From an uncultured Collinsella sp. (GTDB lineage Bacteria > Actinomycetota > Coriobacteriia > Coriobacteriales > Coriobacteriaceae): a DNA stretch of 64,000 nt. A program made the translations under genes and the position numbers. Shown in pieces: positions 10,494 through 19,115 of this stretch (the first letter of the stretch is position 1; every line of letters starts with the position of its first letter). The notes under the pieces are model-generated. The model was given only the letters and a program-made list of their open reading frames with translations, had not been told where the DNA came from and did not search any database. The stretch is taken from contig CABUXY010000002.1 of assembly GCA_902495645.1 (NCBI GenBank), positions 149,640-213,639 on the forward strand. The letters are read 5' to 3'.

Positions 10494-11915
10494 ATGACCA
10501 ACCCCATGCAGTTCCCCGACGGCTTTGTGTTTGGCGGCGCCACCGCTGCTTACCAGGTTGAGGGCGAGACCCGCACGCACGGCAAGGGCAAAGTGCCCTG
10601 GGACGATTTCCTGGCTGCCCAGGGTCGCTTCTCCCCCGACCCCGCAAGCGATTTCTACAACAAGTATCCGGTCGATATCGACTTGTGCCAGCGCTTCGGC
10701 ATCAACGGTATTCGCGTCTCCATCGCTTGGAGCCGTATCTTCCCCAGTGGCACCGGCGAGATTAACCCCGAGGGCGTCGCTTTCTATCACGAGCTTTTCG
10801 CCACCTGCAACAAAGCTGGCGTTATCCCCTATGTCACGCTCGATCACTTCGATACGCCCGAGGCCTTTTACCAGAACGGCGGCGAGGGCTTCCTGACGCG
10901 CACGACGATCGACGCCTTTGTCGAGTACGCCAAGTTCTGCTTTGCCGAGTTCGCCGAGGTCAAGCACTGGTTCACGTTTAACGAGATTCCCGCAACCGCC
11001 GAGGGCAGCTTTATCGTCGGCAACTGGCCGCACGGCGAGAAGTACCGCCTGGACAAGGCCTTCCAGCTCATGCACAACATGATGGTGGCCCACGCCAAGG
11101 CCGTCGTCGCCTTCCACGAGGGCGGCTTTGAGGGCGAGATCGGCATTGTCCAGAACCTGGAGCCCAAGTATCCCCTCGACCCCAACAGCGCTGCCGACTG
11201 CGAGGCGGCCCGCATGGCCGACGTCATCAACAACCGCTGGGTACTCGACGCCACCTTCCGCGGCCACTATGCAGCCGACACCATGGAGGCTGCGACCAAG
11301 CTGGCCCATATCGCCGGCGGCGAGCTCGACGTCCGCGACGAGGACATCGCCGCGCTGACCGCCGCGCTCCCCTATAACGATTGCCTGGGCGTCAACACCT
11401 ACAAGTGCCAGTTCCTGCGTGCCGCCGAGGGCGAAAACGACATCAACCACAATGGCACCGGCGACAAGGGCTCCTCGCGCTGGTTCCTCAAGGGCGTTGG
11501 CGAGGCATGCGTGCGCGAAGGCGTTCCCACCACCGATTGGGACTGGATCATCTATCCCGAGGGCCTCTACGACCTGCTGCTCCGCATTAAGAACGATTAC
11601 CCCAACTACAAGAAGATCTACATCACCGAGAACGGCATGGGCTATAAGGACGACTTCGAGGACGGCTTTATCGACGACGCCCCTCGCATCGACTACATGC
11701 GTCAGCATCTCGCATGGGTCCTCAGGGCAATCGACGGCGGCGTAAACGTCGACGGTTACTTTGTGTGGTCGCTGCAGGACCAGTTCTCCTGGACCAACGG
11801 CTATAACAAACGTTACGGCCTGTTCTACATCGACTTTGAGACCCAGAAGCGCTATCCCAAGGCGAGCGCGTACTGGTACAAGAACGTCGCAGAGACCGGC
11901 CTGCTCATGGCCTAA
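10494..11915 (+). CDS. lacG: 6-phospho-beta-galactosidase (GH1), copy 3
   Basis: FGGATAAYQVEG, TFNE, ITENG; most similar to copy 1. Confidence 0.92.
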   Translation: MTNPMQFPDGFVFGGATAAYQVEGETRTHGKGKVPWDDFLAAQGRFSPDPASDFYNKYPVDIDLCQRFGINGIRVSIAWSRIFPSGTGEINPEGVAFYHELFATCNKAGVIPYVTLDHFDTPEAFYQNGGEGFLTRTTIDAFVEYAKFCFAEFAEVKHWFTFNEIPATAEGSFIVGNWPHGEKYRLDKAFQLMHNMMVAHAKAVVAFHEGGFEGEIGIVQNLEPKYPLDPNSAADCEAARMADVINNRWVLDATFRGHYAADTMEAATKLAHIAGGELDVRDEDIAALTAALPYNDCLGVNTYKCQFLRAAEGENDINHNGTGDKGSSRWFLKGVGEACVREGVPTTDWDWIIYPEGLYDLLLRIKNDYPNYKKIYITENGMGYKDDFEDGFIDDAPRIDYMRQHLAWVLRAIDGGVNVDGYFVWSLQDQFSWTNGYNKRYGLFYIDFETQKRYPKASAYWYKNVAETGLLMA

Positions 11916-11937
11916 TTCAAGCCGCATACCCCCTGTC

Positions 11938-11985
11938 GGCCGCATGTGAATTCCTCCACGGGTTCGCATGCGGCCTTTTTGTTTT
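11938..11985 (+). terminator. Rho-independent terminator after lacG copy 3
   Basis: GGCCGCATG...CATGCGGCC followed by TTTTTGTTTT. Confidence 0.75.
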
Positions 11986-12004
11986 GGCTCGGCCCGAGCA
12001 GGCC

Positions 12005-12309
12005 GTTTGTCTCGATTTGTAACATCTAGCAGGGATTTTCGGCCCCAATTGTTACAGATTGAGATGAACGGGGGCACCCGGTTCGAAATGTCTAGATCTG
12101 TAACATCTGATTCGCTTTTGGCCGTCTAACTGTTACAGATCAAGACAAAGATGATGGCTGGGTAGACAAAATCTCGATCTGTAACATCTAGTCGAGTTTT
12201 TGGGTCCTAGCTGTTACAGATTGAGACAAATGCACAGGACAATCCTCTCAATCTCAATCTGTAACATCTGGTTGGTGATTTCGCCCCTACCTGTTACAGA
12301 TTGAGACAA
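12005..12309. repeat. Palindromic repeat array C (4 units, period 80-81 bp)
   Basis: TGTAACA at 12018, 12099, 12180, 12260; TGTTACA at 12050, 12131, 12212, 12292; all loops 25 nt. Confidence 0.93.
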
Positions 12310-12427
12310 TTTGATAGTGGAGTCCTCATTTACGCGTCATATCGCGTAGCGCTGACGCGCTGATTCCCCACAATGACAGGAGGTAAAAGTCCTCCCGCAT
12401 CGCCTGTTGGCAATCCCATAGCGTTAG

Positions 12428-13192
12428 CTAGCAGATGACCTGCGTGTGTTCCTCGATGGCGGCGCGATCCTCGGCGGTAATACCCGGCTCGCACACCACG
12501 GCGTCCAAGCTGTCCAGGCGGCAGAAGGTGTAGAAGTCGCGCTTGCCAATCTTGCTTGAATCGGCGATCAAGTAGCGCGAGTCTGCCTTGCTAAAGGCGA
12601 GCTGCTGGATACGGCCCTCGTCCATGTTGGACGTAGATACGTCGCCATCCAGAATGCCGTTGGCGCCGATAAACGCCGCGTCGATGCCCAACGCACGCAG
12701 GGTATCCTCGGCCGTTGGTCCCACAAAAGCGGCGGTGCGGCGACGGTACATACCGCCCACGAGGCACAGGTCGCAGTCTTCGCGCGCCTCGAGCAGGTTA
12801 AACACCGAAAGCGAGTTGGTCACAATGCGCAGGCGACACGCCGGCAGCATCGAGGCCATCTGTTCCACCGTAGTGCCCGTACCCAAAAAGATGGTCGAGC
12901 CCTCCTCGATAAGCTCCACAGCACGGCGCGCAATCTGCAGCTTTTCCTCGGCATGCTTAGTGCGCTTTTCGCTGTGCGAATACTCATGGCGCAACATAGC
13001 ATGGGGACGTCCCTGTGCGCTACGGGCGCCACCGTGCACGCGCTCGATCTCGCCCAGGCTCGCAAGTTCTTCGAGGTCGCGGCGAATCGTCATATCCGAA
13101 ACGCCCAGCGCATCCGAAATCTCCTTGACTGAAACCGTGCCCTGCTCTTCGAGCAGCTGACGAACCTTATCCTGTCGCTCTGCCTTAATCAC
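12428..13192 (-). CDS. DeoR/GlpR-family regulator (LacR-like)
   Basis: LGVSDMTIRRDLEEL, RVHGGA, IFLGTGTT, IVTNSL. Confidence 0.92.
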   Translation of the reverse strand: MIKAERQDKVRQLLEEQGTVSVKEISDALGVSDMTIRRDLEELASLGEIERVHGGARSAQGRPHAMLRHEYSHSEKRTKHAEEKLQIARRAVELIEEGSTIFLGTGTTVEQMASMLPACRLRIVTNSLSVFNLLEAREDCDLCLVGGMYRRRTAAFVGPTAEDTLRALGIDAAFIGANGILDGDVSTSNMDEGRIQQLAFSKADSRYLIADSSKIGKRDFYTFCRLDSLDAVVCEPGITAEDRAAIEEHTQVIC

Positions 13193-13398
13193 GATGAATC
13201 CTCGCCGTTCTTTGCGCGCATATCATTCAAACAGTAACGAACAAATTGTATCAGACTCGTGCGCGTCAAAAATGAACACCCGCACAGCTCCAATCATCAC
13301 TTTTTTGAGAAAAATACCCCCTGCTTTAGTGGGGTGTAGTGATAATCTCGCCTGTTCGCGCTACAGTTTGTCCGAAATACCTCGATGTTAGGAACCAA

Positions 13399-14451
13399 AT
13401 GATCACTTCCGAGCTTTTCGGCACCGCGCCGTGCGGCACCTCCGTTCATCGTTACACCCTCAACGGGCCCGAGATCTGCGTTCGCATTATGGACTATGGC
13501 GCCACCGTGCTGGGTATCGATGTGCCCGATATTCCCGGCAACGTGCGCGATGTGGTGCTGGGCTTCGATAAGCTCGAGGATTACTTTGACAACCCCGCCT
13601 GCTTTGGCGCGACCATCGGCCCCGTGGCAAACCGCACCGCGGGCGCTACGATCACCATCGACGGCACGGACTGGCATATGCCCGCCAATGAGGGCGCCAA
13701 CAACCTACACAGCGATCTTGAGCACGGCCTGCATAAACGCGTGTGGGATGTTGAGCTCGACGAGGTCCATAACGCCGTGCGCATGACCACCTCGCTTAAG
13801 GATGGCGAGCTGGGCCTGCCCGGCAACCGAACCTTTACGGCTGTGTTTACCGTTACGCGCACCGGTGTCTTCCGCATCGAGTATGGTTGCGAGAGCGACC
13901 GCGCCACCTACGTGTCCATGACCAACCACACATACTTTAACCTTGCCGGCCATAACGCCGGCATGGACTGTGAGCACTTCTTTATCGCCAACGCTGCCCA
14001 CTACTTGCCCATTAACGAGCAGAACATCCCCACCGGCGAAATCGCTCCGGTCGAGGGAACACCGTTTGACTTTCGCGAGCTGCGCCCCGTCGCACCCGGC
14101 ATGGAGGCCGACGACCCGCAGATTAAGCAGGCCCGTGGCTACGATCACTGCCTGTGCATCGATGGCTATCAGTACGGCCGCAACCTGCGTCGCGCCCTAC
14201 ATGTCGAGGAGATGTGGACCGGTCGTGAGCTGGACTACTACACCACCGCCCCGGGCGTGCAGCTCTACACCGGCAACTGGCTGGGCGACGAGCACGCCAA
14301 GGACGATGCCAACTATGGCTGGGGCGCCGGCTTTGCCCTCGAGGCCGAGATGTACCCCGACACGCCGCACCAGCCGCTGTTCCCGCAGGGCATTGTTGGT
14401 CCGGGTCACCCCTACAGCAATGTGATCGAGTACCACTTTATGAGGCACTAA
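13399..14451 (+). CDS. galM: Aldose 1-epimerase (galactose mutarotase)
   Basis: GATIGPVANR, TNHTYFNL, GTPFDFR, GYDH, QLYTGN; start moved to ATG 13399 after AGGA. Confidence 0.88.
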   Translation: MITSELFGTAPCGTSVHRYTLNGPEICVRIMDYGATVLGIDVPDIPGNVRDVVLGFDKLEDYFDNPACFGATIGPVANRTAGATITIDGTDWHMPANEGANNLHSDLEHGLHKRVWDVELDEVHNAVRMTTSLKDGELGLPGNRTFTAVFTVTRTGVFRIEYGCESDRATYVSMTNHTYFNLAGHNAGMDCEHFFIANAAHYLPINEQNIPTGEIAPVEGTPFDFRELRPVAPGMEADDPQIKQARGYDHCLCIDGYQYGRNLRRALHVEEMWTGRELDYYTTAPGVQLYTGNWLGDEHAKDDANYGWGAGFALEAEMYPDTPHQPLFPQGIVGPGHPYSNVIEYHFMRH

Positions 14452-14477
14452 ACCCACAACGCGACATATCACACAGC

Positions 14478-14512
14478 AACGCCCGCCGGCACCACCGCCG
14501 GCGGGCGTTTTT
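14478..14512 (+). terminator. Terminator after galM
   Basis: AACGCCCGCCGGC...GCCGGCGGGCGTTTTT. Confidence 0.8.
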
Positions 14513-14557
14513 CATCTTTTTGGCGCATTTTCGCTGTGACTATATGAGTGGCATATC

Positions 14558-14709
14558 AAAACTATGCCCATTTACTACGTTTAGCCCGGGATGCTCGAGC
14601 ATGCACCGGTTTTTGTTACATTCGCGAGCCGTCTACCTGCAGTTTTGTTTTTCTCAAATTCGACATGCTCGGCGATAGCCGATCAAACGTAGTAAATGGG
14701 CATAGTTTT
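14558..14709. repeat. 152-bp MITE-like element with perfect 25-bp terminal inverted repeats
   Basis: AAAACTATGCCCATTTACTACGTTT (14558-14582) and its exact reverse complement (14685-14709). Confidence 0.85.
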
Positions 14710-14776
14710 TAACAGGCGGCATCGCACGCGTCCCTCGCAAGGGCAAAATGATCCGTTTTCCTCCGTCCCCAAGGGA

Positions 14777-15259
14777 TCAGTTGAACAGATTGCCAATGGG
14801 GTCGGGATTGGAGCTGGGAAGGCAGCGGATTTCTAGCTCTATGCCGAGCTTTTGCAGCTTTCTGAGAGCAGCGACGTCTGTGTCGCCTACGGCAACGGCA
14901 GGCGTTACAGAGCGCTTGCCCTCCCCTGCTTGCATGTGACCGATGCTGATCTTGGTGATGGGCACGCCACCCTTCACCAGCGCCAATGCATCCGCGGGCG
15001 ATGCCACCATGATCAGAATCAACTGGCGCGGCGTTGCGGTATGAATGATGTCGATGGCCTTTTGTACCGAGAAAAACCGCGTCCAAACGCCTTCTGGCGC
15101 CGCCACCCTCATGGGTGCCCATTGGCGCGAATCTGCCGCGATCTCATCGTTGACGATTAGGACAAGGTTGGAACCCACGGCTTCGTTCCACAGCTCAACG
15201 TCTTATCCGTAAATGAAACGGTCGTCGATACGTGTGAGAAGGATCTTGGGTTGAGCCAT
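14777..15259 (-). pseudogene. Mannose/sorbose-family PTS IIB pseudogene (AgaV-like)
   Basis: Reads MAQPKILLTRIDDRFIYG*DVELWN...; in-frame TAA at 15203-15205, and the phospho-His of RLIHGQ is replaced by Tyr. Confidence 0.85.
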
Positions 15260-15398
15260 GGCTGCCCCATTCTGTTTGAGACCCATACGAGCGGGACGTC
15301 GACCACCAACTCAACAGCTGGTCAAGCGCCAGATGGACGCCGCAGACATCACGCCTCCAATATTAGTGCATTTAAAGTGAGAAAAGCCGTCAGAACAC

Positions 15399-15427
15399 TT
15401 GCGCGGATTTGCGATGTCCCGTATCAT
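15399..15427 (+). promoter_or_regulatory. Sigma70-type promoter of tRNA-Thr
   Basis: TTGCGC-N17-TATCAT. Confidence 0.55.
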
Positions 15428-15466
15428 AGACAGCCGTTGACGCCTCAGTTGCGTCACCACATGGCC

Positions 15467-15542
15467 GCCAGCGTAGCTCAGTTGGTAGAGCACCGCTCTC
15501 GTAAAGCGGGGGTCACCGGTTCGAGCCCGGTCGCTGGCTCCA
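15467..15542 (+). tRNA. tRNA-Thr(CGT)
   Basis: Acceptor stem GCCAGCG/CGCTGGC, D-arm TAGCTCAGTTGGTAGAGC, anticodon arm CCGCT-CTCGTAA-AGCGG, GGTTCGAG, encoded CCA; terminator at 15554-15577. Confidence 0.97.
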
Positions 15543-15750
15543 TTGCACAAGATAGCCGCCTTCTGGCGGCTTTTTTGTTGCCGATTTCGGGCGCGCATCC
15601 GCCAATGCAAGCACATCGCCGCCGGCAACTCCCCACTCAACAACAAGCCCCGCCAACCGCAATCCCAAAAGGAACCACGACCAGCGGGGCCCAAGCGCGT
15701 TCCTCCAAGGGATAACGCTCGCAAAACGAACAGCTCAGCCGAGCGGCTCG

Positions 15751-16224
15751 TTACTCCTCCCAGTAAGCGTCTGCAAGCAGCTTAAAGCAGATCTTCTTGA
15801 CCGGCTGCGCGCCATCGCCCGGGAACTCGAGCGTGGGCATGTGAGGCTCGCCGGCAACAAACAGCGCAAACTTGTCGTCAGCAAGATCGCCGGCGATCGA
15901 GGCGTCGGAATCGACCAGATCGTAGTCGTCCTTCTCGTCGAACTCCTGGACCAGCGTCAGGCTGCCCGTGGCAACCTTAAAGGCCTCGCGACCCTCGACG
16001 TCGATCTGCAGGTCGTGATAGCGCTGATGCGTCTCATAGTGAGCCTCGGCTTCGGGACGCGTCGTGGGAGCCATGACGTTCGCAAAGACCTTGTCGCCCA
16101 GAATCGGATGGCTGCCGACCTCGAGCTTCGCCGGATCGTTCTCCTCGAGCCAATCGATCAGCACGTCGAGGCCCTTGAGCATTCCACGGTACTCCTCGAT
16201 ATCGCCCAATGCACCGTAAATCAT
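15751..16224 (-). CDS. YhcH/YjgK/YiaL family protein
   Basis: YETHQRYHDLQ, FVAGEPHMP, VKKICFK. Confidence 0.85.
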   Translation of the reverse strand: MIYGALGDIEEYRGMLKGLDVLIDWLEENDPAKLEVGSHPILGDKVFANVMAPTTRPEAEAHYETHQRYHDLQIDVEGREAFKVATGSLTLVQEFDEKDDYDLVDSDASIAGDLADDKFALFVAGEPHMPTLEFPGDGAQPVKKICFKLLADAYWEE

Positions 16225-16256
16225 CTAAATCCCCTCTCGGATCGTTTCTTTGGCGG

Positions 16257-16388
16257 CTACTCGGCAAACGCGTTACCGACGCTGTTGCCACCCACATACG
16301 TCTCGACCAGGGTAAGGTCGGGATTGAACACGACAACGTCGGCGTCGCGCCCCGACATAATGCTATCGCACTTGTCGTCGACATGAGC
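16257..16388 (-). pseudogene. 3' remnant of a nagA paralog
   Basis: Translates AHVDDKCDSIMSGRDADVVVFNPDLTLVETYVGGNSVGNAFAE*, matching the C-terminus of nagA at 19116-20285. Confidence 0.85.
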
Positions 16389-16421
16389 TAGCAATCGATG
16401 CCGGGGCCGACGCCCAAGCCC

Positions 16422-17357
16422 TTACAGCTCGGTCACGACAACGCCGTTGTAGACCTCGTCCCAACGGTCCATGACCAGATGGCCAGTCATGGGATCCATG
16501 GCATTGAGCTTGCCGCAGGTGTTGGCGGTACGCAGCACCGTCTCGTCGTCTGCGCCAGCAGCAATGGCATGCGCGAAGCCAGCGATAGTGGAGTCACCAG
16601 AGCCCGTGGCGTTAACGGCAGGGATATCGGGCGTCTTTGCGCGGAACGCACGGCCATTGTGGAAGCCAACGGAACCGGCAGCGCCCATGGACACGACGAC
16701 CCAAGGGATATCGGAGAAGCGAGCGTCAGAGGCGAGCGCGGAACGGAGCTCGTCCACATCGTCGGTGGTAAAGCTCGTGCCCAGAAGGCCGTTAATCTCG
16801 GTCAGGTTAGGCTTAACCAGCTCAGGCTTGACCTCGGACTTGAGCGCAGCCTCGAGCGAAGCACCCGAGGTATCGAGCAGCACCTTGGCGCCGGCGTTCT
16901 CGGCAATGCCCGTAATCTTGGCATAGTAGTCTGCCTCGACGCCGCGGGGCAGCGAACCCGAGATGGTGACGACATCGGCCTTGCTCGCAAGCTCGGCGAA
17001 CTTGGCGGTAAAGGCATCGAGCTCCTCGGGGGCAATCGTCGGGCCGCTCTCGAGCAGCTCGGTCTGGTTACCGGCATGAAGGATGTTGAGGCAGATGCGG
17101 GTCTCGCCCTTGATGGGCACAAAATCATTCTTAATGCCATTGGCATCCATGAGCTCGGCCATATAGGCGCCCATATGCCCACCAAGCAAGCCGGTTGCCA
17201 CAACGTCGTCGCCCAGCTGGCCCAGGACGCGGGCCACATTAAGGCCCTTGCCGCCGGCGGTCTTTTCGGGCGTCACGCGGTTGACGTCGTCGATCACGAG
17301 CTCATCGAGCTGATAGCGCGTATCGACGGACGGGTTCATCGTAACGGTGAGGATCAT
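16422..17357 (-). CDS. lacC: Tagatose-6-phosphate kinase / 1-phosphofructokinase-family hexose kinase
   Basis: MILTVTMNPSVD, AGGKGLNVARVL, KPNLTE, NATGSGDS (PfkB). Confidence 0.85.
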   Translation of the reverse strand: MILTVTMNPSVDTRYQLDELVIDDVNRVTPEKTAGGKGLNVARVLGQLGDDVVATGLLGGHMGAYMAELMDANGIKNDFVPIKGETRICLNILHAGNQTELLESGPTIAPEELDAFTAKFAELASKADVVTISGSLPRGVEADYYAKITGIAENAGAKVLLDTSGASLEAALKSEVKPELVKPNLTEINGLLGTSFTTDDVDELRSALASDARFSDIPWVVVSMGAAGSVGFHNGRAFRAKTPDIPAVNATGSGDSTIAGFAHAIAAGADDETVLRTANTCGKLNAMDPMTGHLVMDRWDEVYNGVVVTEL

Positions 17358-17416
17358 TTTTAGCTCCTTATCTCGCAGGCTCCTTATGCCTTGCAAAACG
17401 AATTGGCTACATTCGA

Positions 17417-18298
17417 CTACAGAATCTCGATTGTGAACGAGCGCACGATGGTTTCTTTGGGCTTGGCGATAAGGCAGCCGCGCTTATGCTCAAGCACGTC
17501 ATCCTCATCGGAACAGGTCGAAAGACCGCCCCAGGGTTCAACTGCCACAAAATCGCCCTCGGGCTTACTCCACACAATGAGATACGGGAAACCCTCAAAG
17601 CTCAAGCGAACGCCCTTGTCCTCGCCCTTCTTGGAAAGCGTGACCTGACGGCTCTCGAGCACGTCAAAGATGGTCTCCGCGAAATCGAAGAGTTCGTGCG
17701 ATAGGGGCAGCGTCTTTCCCACCATGGGGTTCTTGGAGCGGTTAGCTACATCAATCAATCCGGTCGAGGGTACGGCGGTGCAAAGCTCCGCAGCCTCGTC
17801 TTTCTCAAAGCGCAACTCGTAGTCCGTATAGGACTCACCCTCATCGAGCGGGCACCTAAAGCCGGGATGACCGCCGATAAAGAAAGGCATATCCTCGGTG
17901 CCCTCGTTGGTCACTTCATAGGAGACACGCACGGCAGCGTCCTCGAGCGTATAGCGGGCGACGAGCTTAAACGGATATGGATAAGCGCTCAGCAATGCAG
18001 CGTTATCCTCAGATGCCAGGCACATCGCCAGCTCGTTTGCGTTTTGGCTCAACAGCTTCCACTCCTGCTTGCGCGCAAAGCCGTGGCGGGCGAGCTTCAC
18101 ATGATGCCCGGCAAACGTCATGGCGCTATCATCGCGCAGGCCTCCGCAAATCGGGAAGCAGACCGGCGCCTGACCGGACCACACCGCGGGGTCACCCTGC
18201 CACAAATACTCGCGACCGTCGGCCTCAATCGAGGTAAACGAGCCGCCAGCCGTGGAAACCTTAATAGAAATCGAATCGTTGAAAAGAGCGTATTCCAT
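17417..18298 (-). CDS. Aldose 1-epimerase family protein (LacX-like)
   Basis: EYLWQGDPAVWSGQAPVCFPICG, RHGFAR, GGHPGF, FVAVEPW. Confidence 0.88.
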   Translation of the reverse strand: MEYALFNDSISIKVSTAGGSFTSIEADGREYLWQGDPAVWSGQAPVCFPICGGLRDDSAMTFAGHHVKLARHGFARKQEWKLLSQNANELAMCLASEDNAALLSAYPYPFKLVARYTLEDAAVRVSYEVTNEGTEDMPFFIGGHPGFRCPLDEGESYTDYELRFEKDEAAELCTAVPSTGLIDVANRSKNPMVGKTLPLSHELFDFAETIFDVLESRQVTLSKKGEDKGVRLSFEGFPYLIVWSKPEGDFVAVEPWGGLSTCSDEDDVLEHKRGCLIAKPKETIVRSFTIEIL

Positions 18299-18456
18299 TA
18301 CCCATCCTTTCGAACAACTGCTTTTTTTGCTCGCAAGTACCCGTCTCGGCCCTGACCAAAGGACAAACCCGCACGCTCATCGATGTGTCCGGTATCCCAG
18401 CCATGCAACGGGGCACCATACAGACATTGATGCAATTACAGCTGAAAGGCCTTCTT

Positions 18457-19041
18457 ATGCGAACCATCATCCTCTACGCCTCGCGCCATCACGGCAATAC
18501 GAAAAAGCTCGTGGACGCCATCGTTGAGGCGCACCCCGAGATCGATACCCTCGACGTCAAAACGCTCGGCAAAAACGAGTATCCCGACCTGCACGAATAT
18601 CATCTAATCGGTGTTGCCACGGGCATCTATTACTCCGAGATCGACAAGGACATGGCACGCGTGCTCACGAACGTGCTGCAGCCGCAGGACAAGGTGTTTG
18701 GCCTTATGACCTACGGTGGCAAAAACAAGCGGTACGGCAAGGATATCGATGGCATCTGCCGCATGAGACAGGCCATCTTTATGGGTGCCTACGGCTGCCC
18801 CGGCTTTGATACGTGGGGGCCGTTCAAACTCACCGGCGGTGTCCAAAAGGGACACCCGACCGCTGAGGAAATTAAGGGCGCCGTCGACTTCTTCGACAAG
18901 ATCGAAGATGAGTATGGCGACATCATCGTCGAAGAGTACGCCAAGCGCGAGAAGCGCCTAGCATACGAGAAGGAGCATCCTGCAGGAGGCCTGGTGGCCG
19001 GCGTTAAGCGCACGGCAAAGAAGATCGCTAACAAGCTGTAA
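18457..19041 (+). CDS. Flavodoxin-family protein
   Basis: IILYASRHHGNTKKL; GFDTWGPFKLTGGVQKGHP. Confidence 0.8.
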   Translation: MRTIILYASRHHGNTKKLVDAIVEAHPEIDTLDVKTLGKNEYPDLHEYHLIGVATGIYYSEIDKDMARVLTNVLQPQDKVFGLMTYGGKNKRYGKDIDGICRMRQAIFMGAYGCPGFDTWGPFKLTGGVQKGHPTAEEIKGAVDFFDKIEDEYGDIIVEEYAKREKRLAYEKEHPAGGLVAGVKRTAKKIANKL

Positions 19042-19115
19042 CTGTGAAGGTACTTTTGAGCGTTTAACCCATACGGCGGGTCCGAGCAGATTCGGGCCCG
19101 CCGTTTTTTCTATCG

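Noticed and set aside
10830..10855. TLDHFD instead of TLHHFD in lacG copy 3 as an inactivating change
   Set aside because: The second, substrate-binding His and both catalytic Glu residues are retained.
457..12077. Long antisense ORFs (e.g. 457-1953, 8549-10543, 10389-12077) and similar ones elsewhere
   Set aside because: Shadows of real genes caused by high-GC codon bias; no recognisable motifs.
2026..12309. Calling the 80-bp arrays CRISPR arrays
   Set aside because: Repeats are degenerate, the variable segments recur between arrays, each unit has two variable regions, and no cas gene or leader is visible.
15251..15785. ORFs overlapping the tRNA
   Set aside because: They span the tRNA, its promoter and its terminator, and have no protein-like features.
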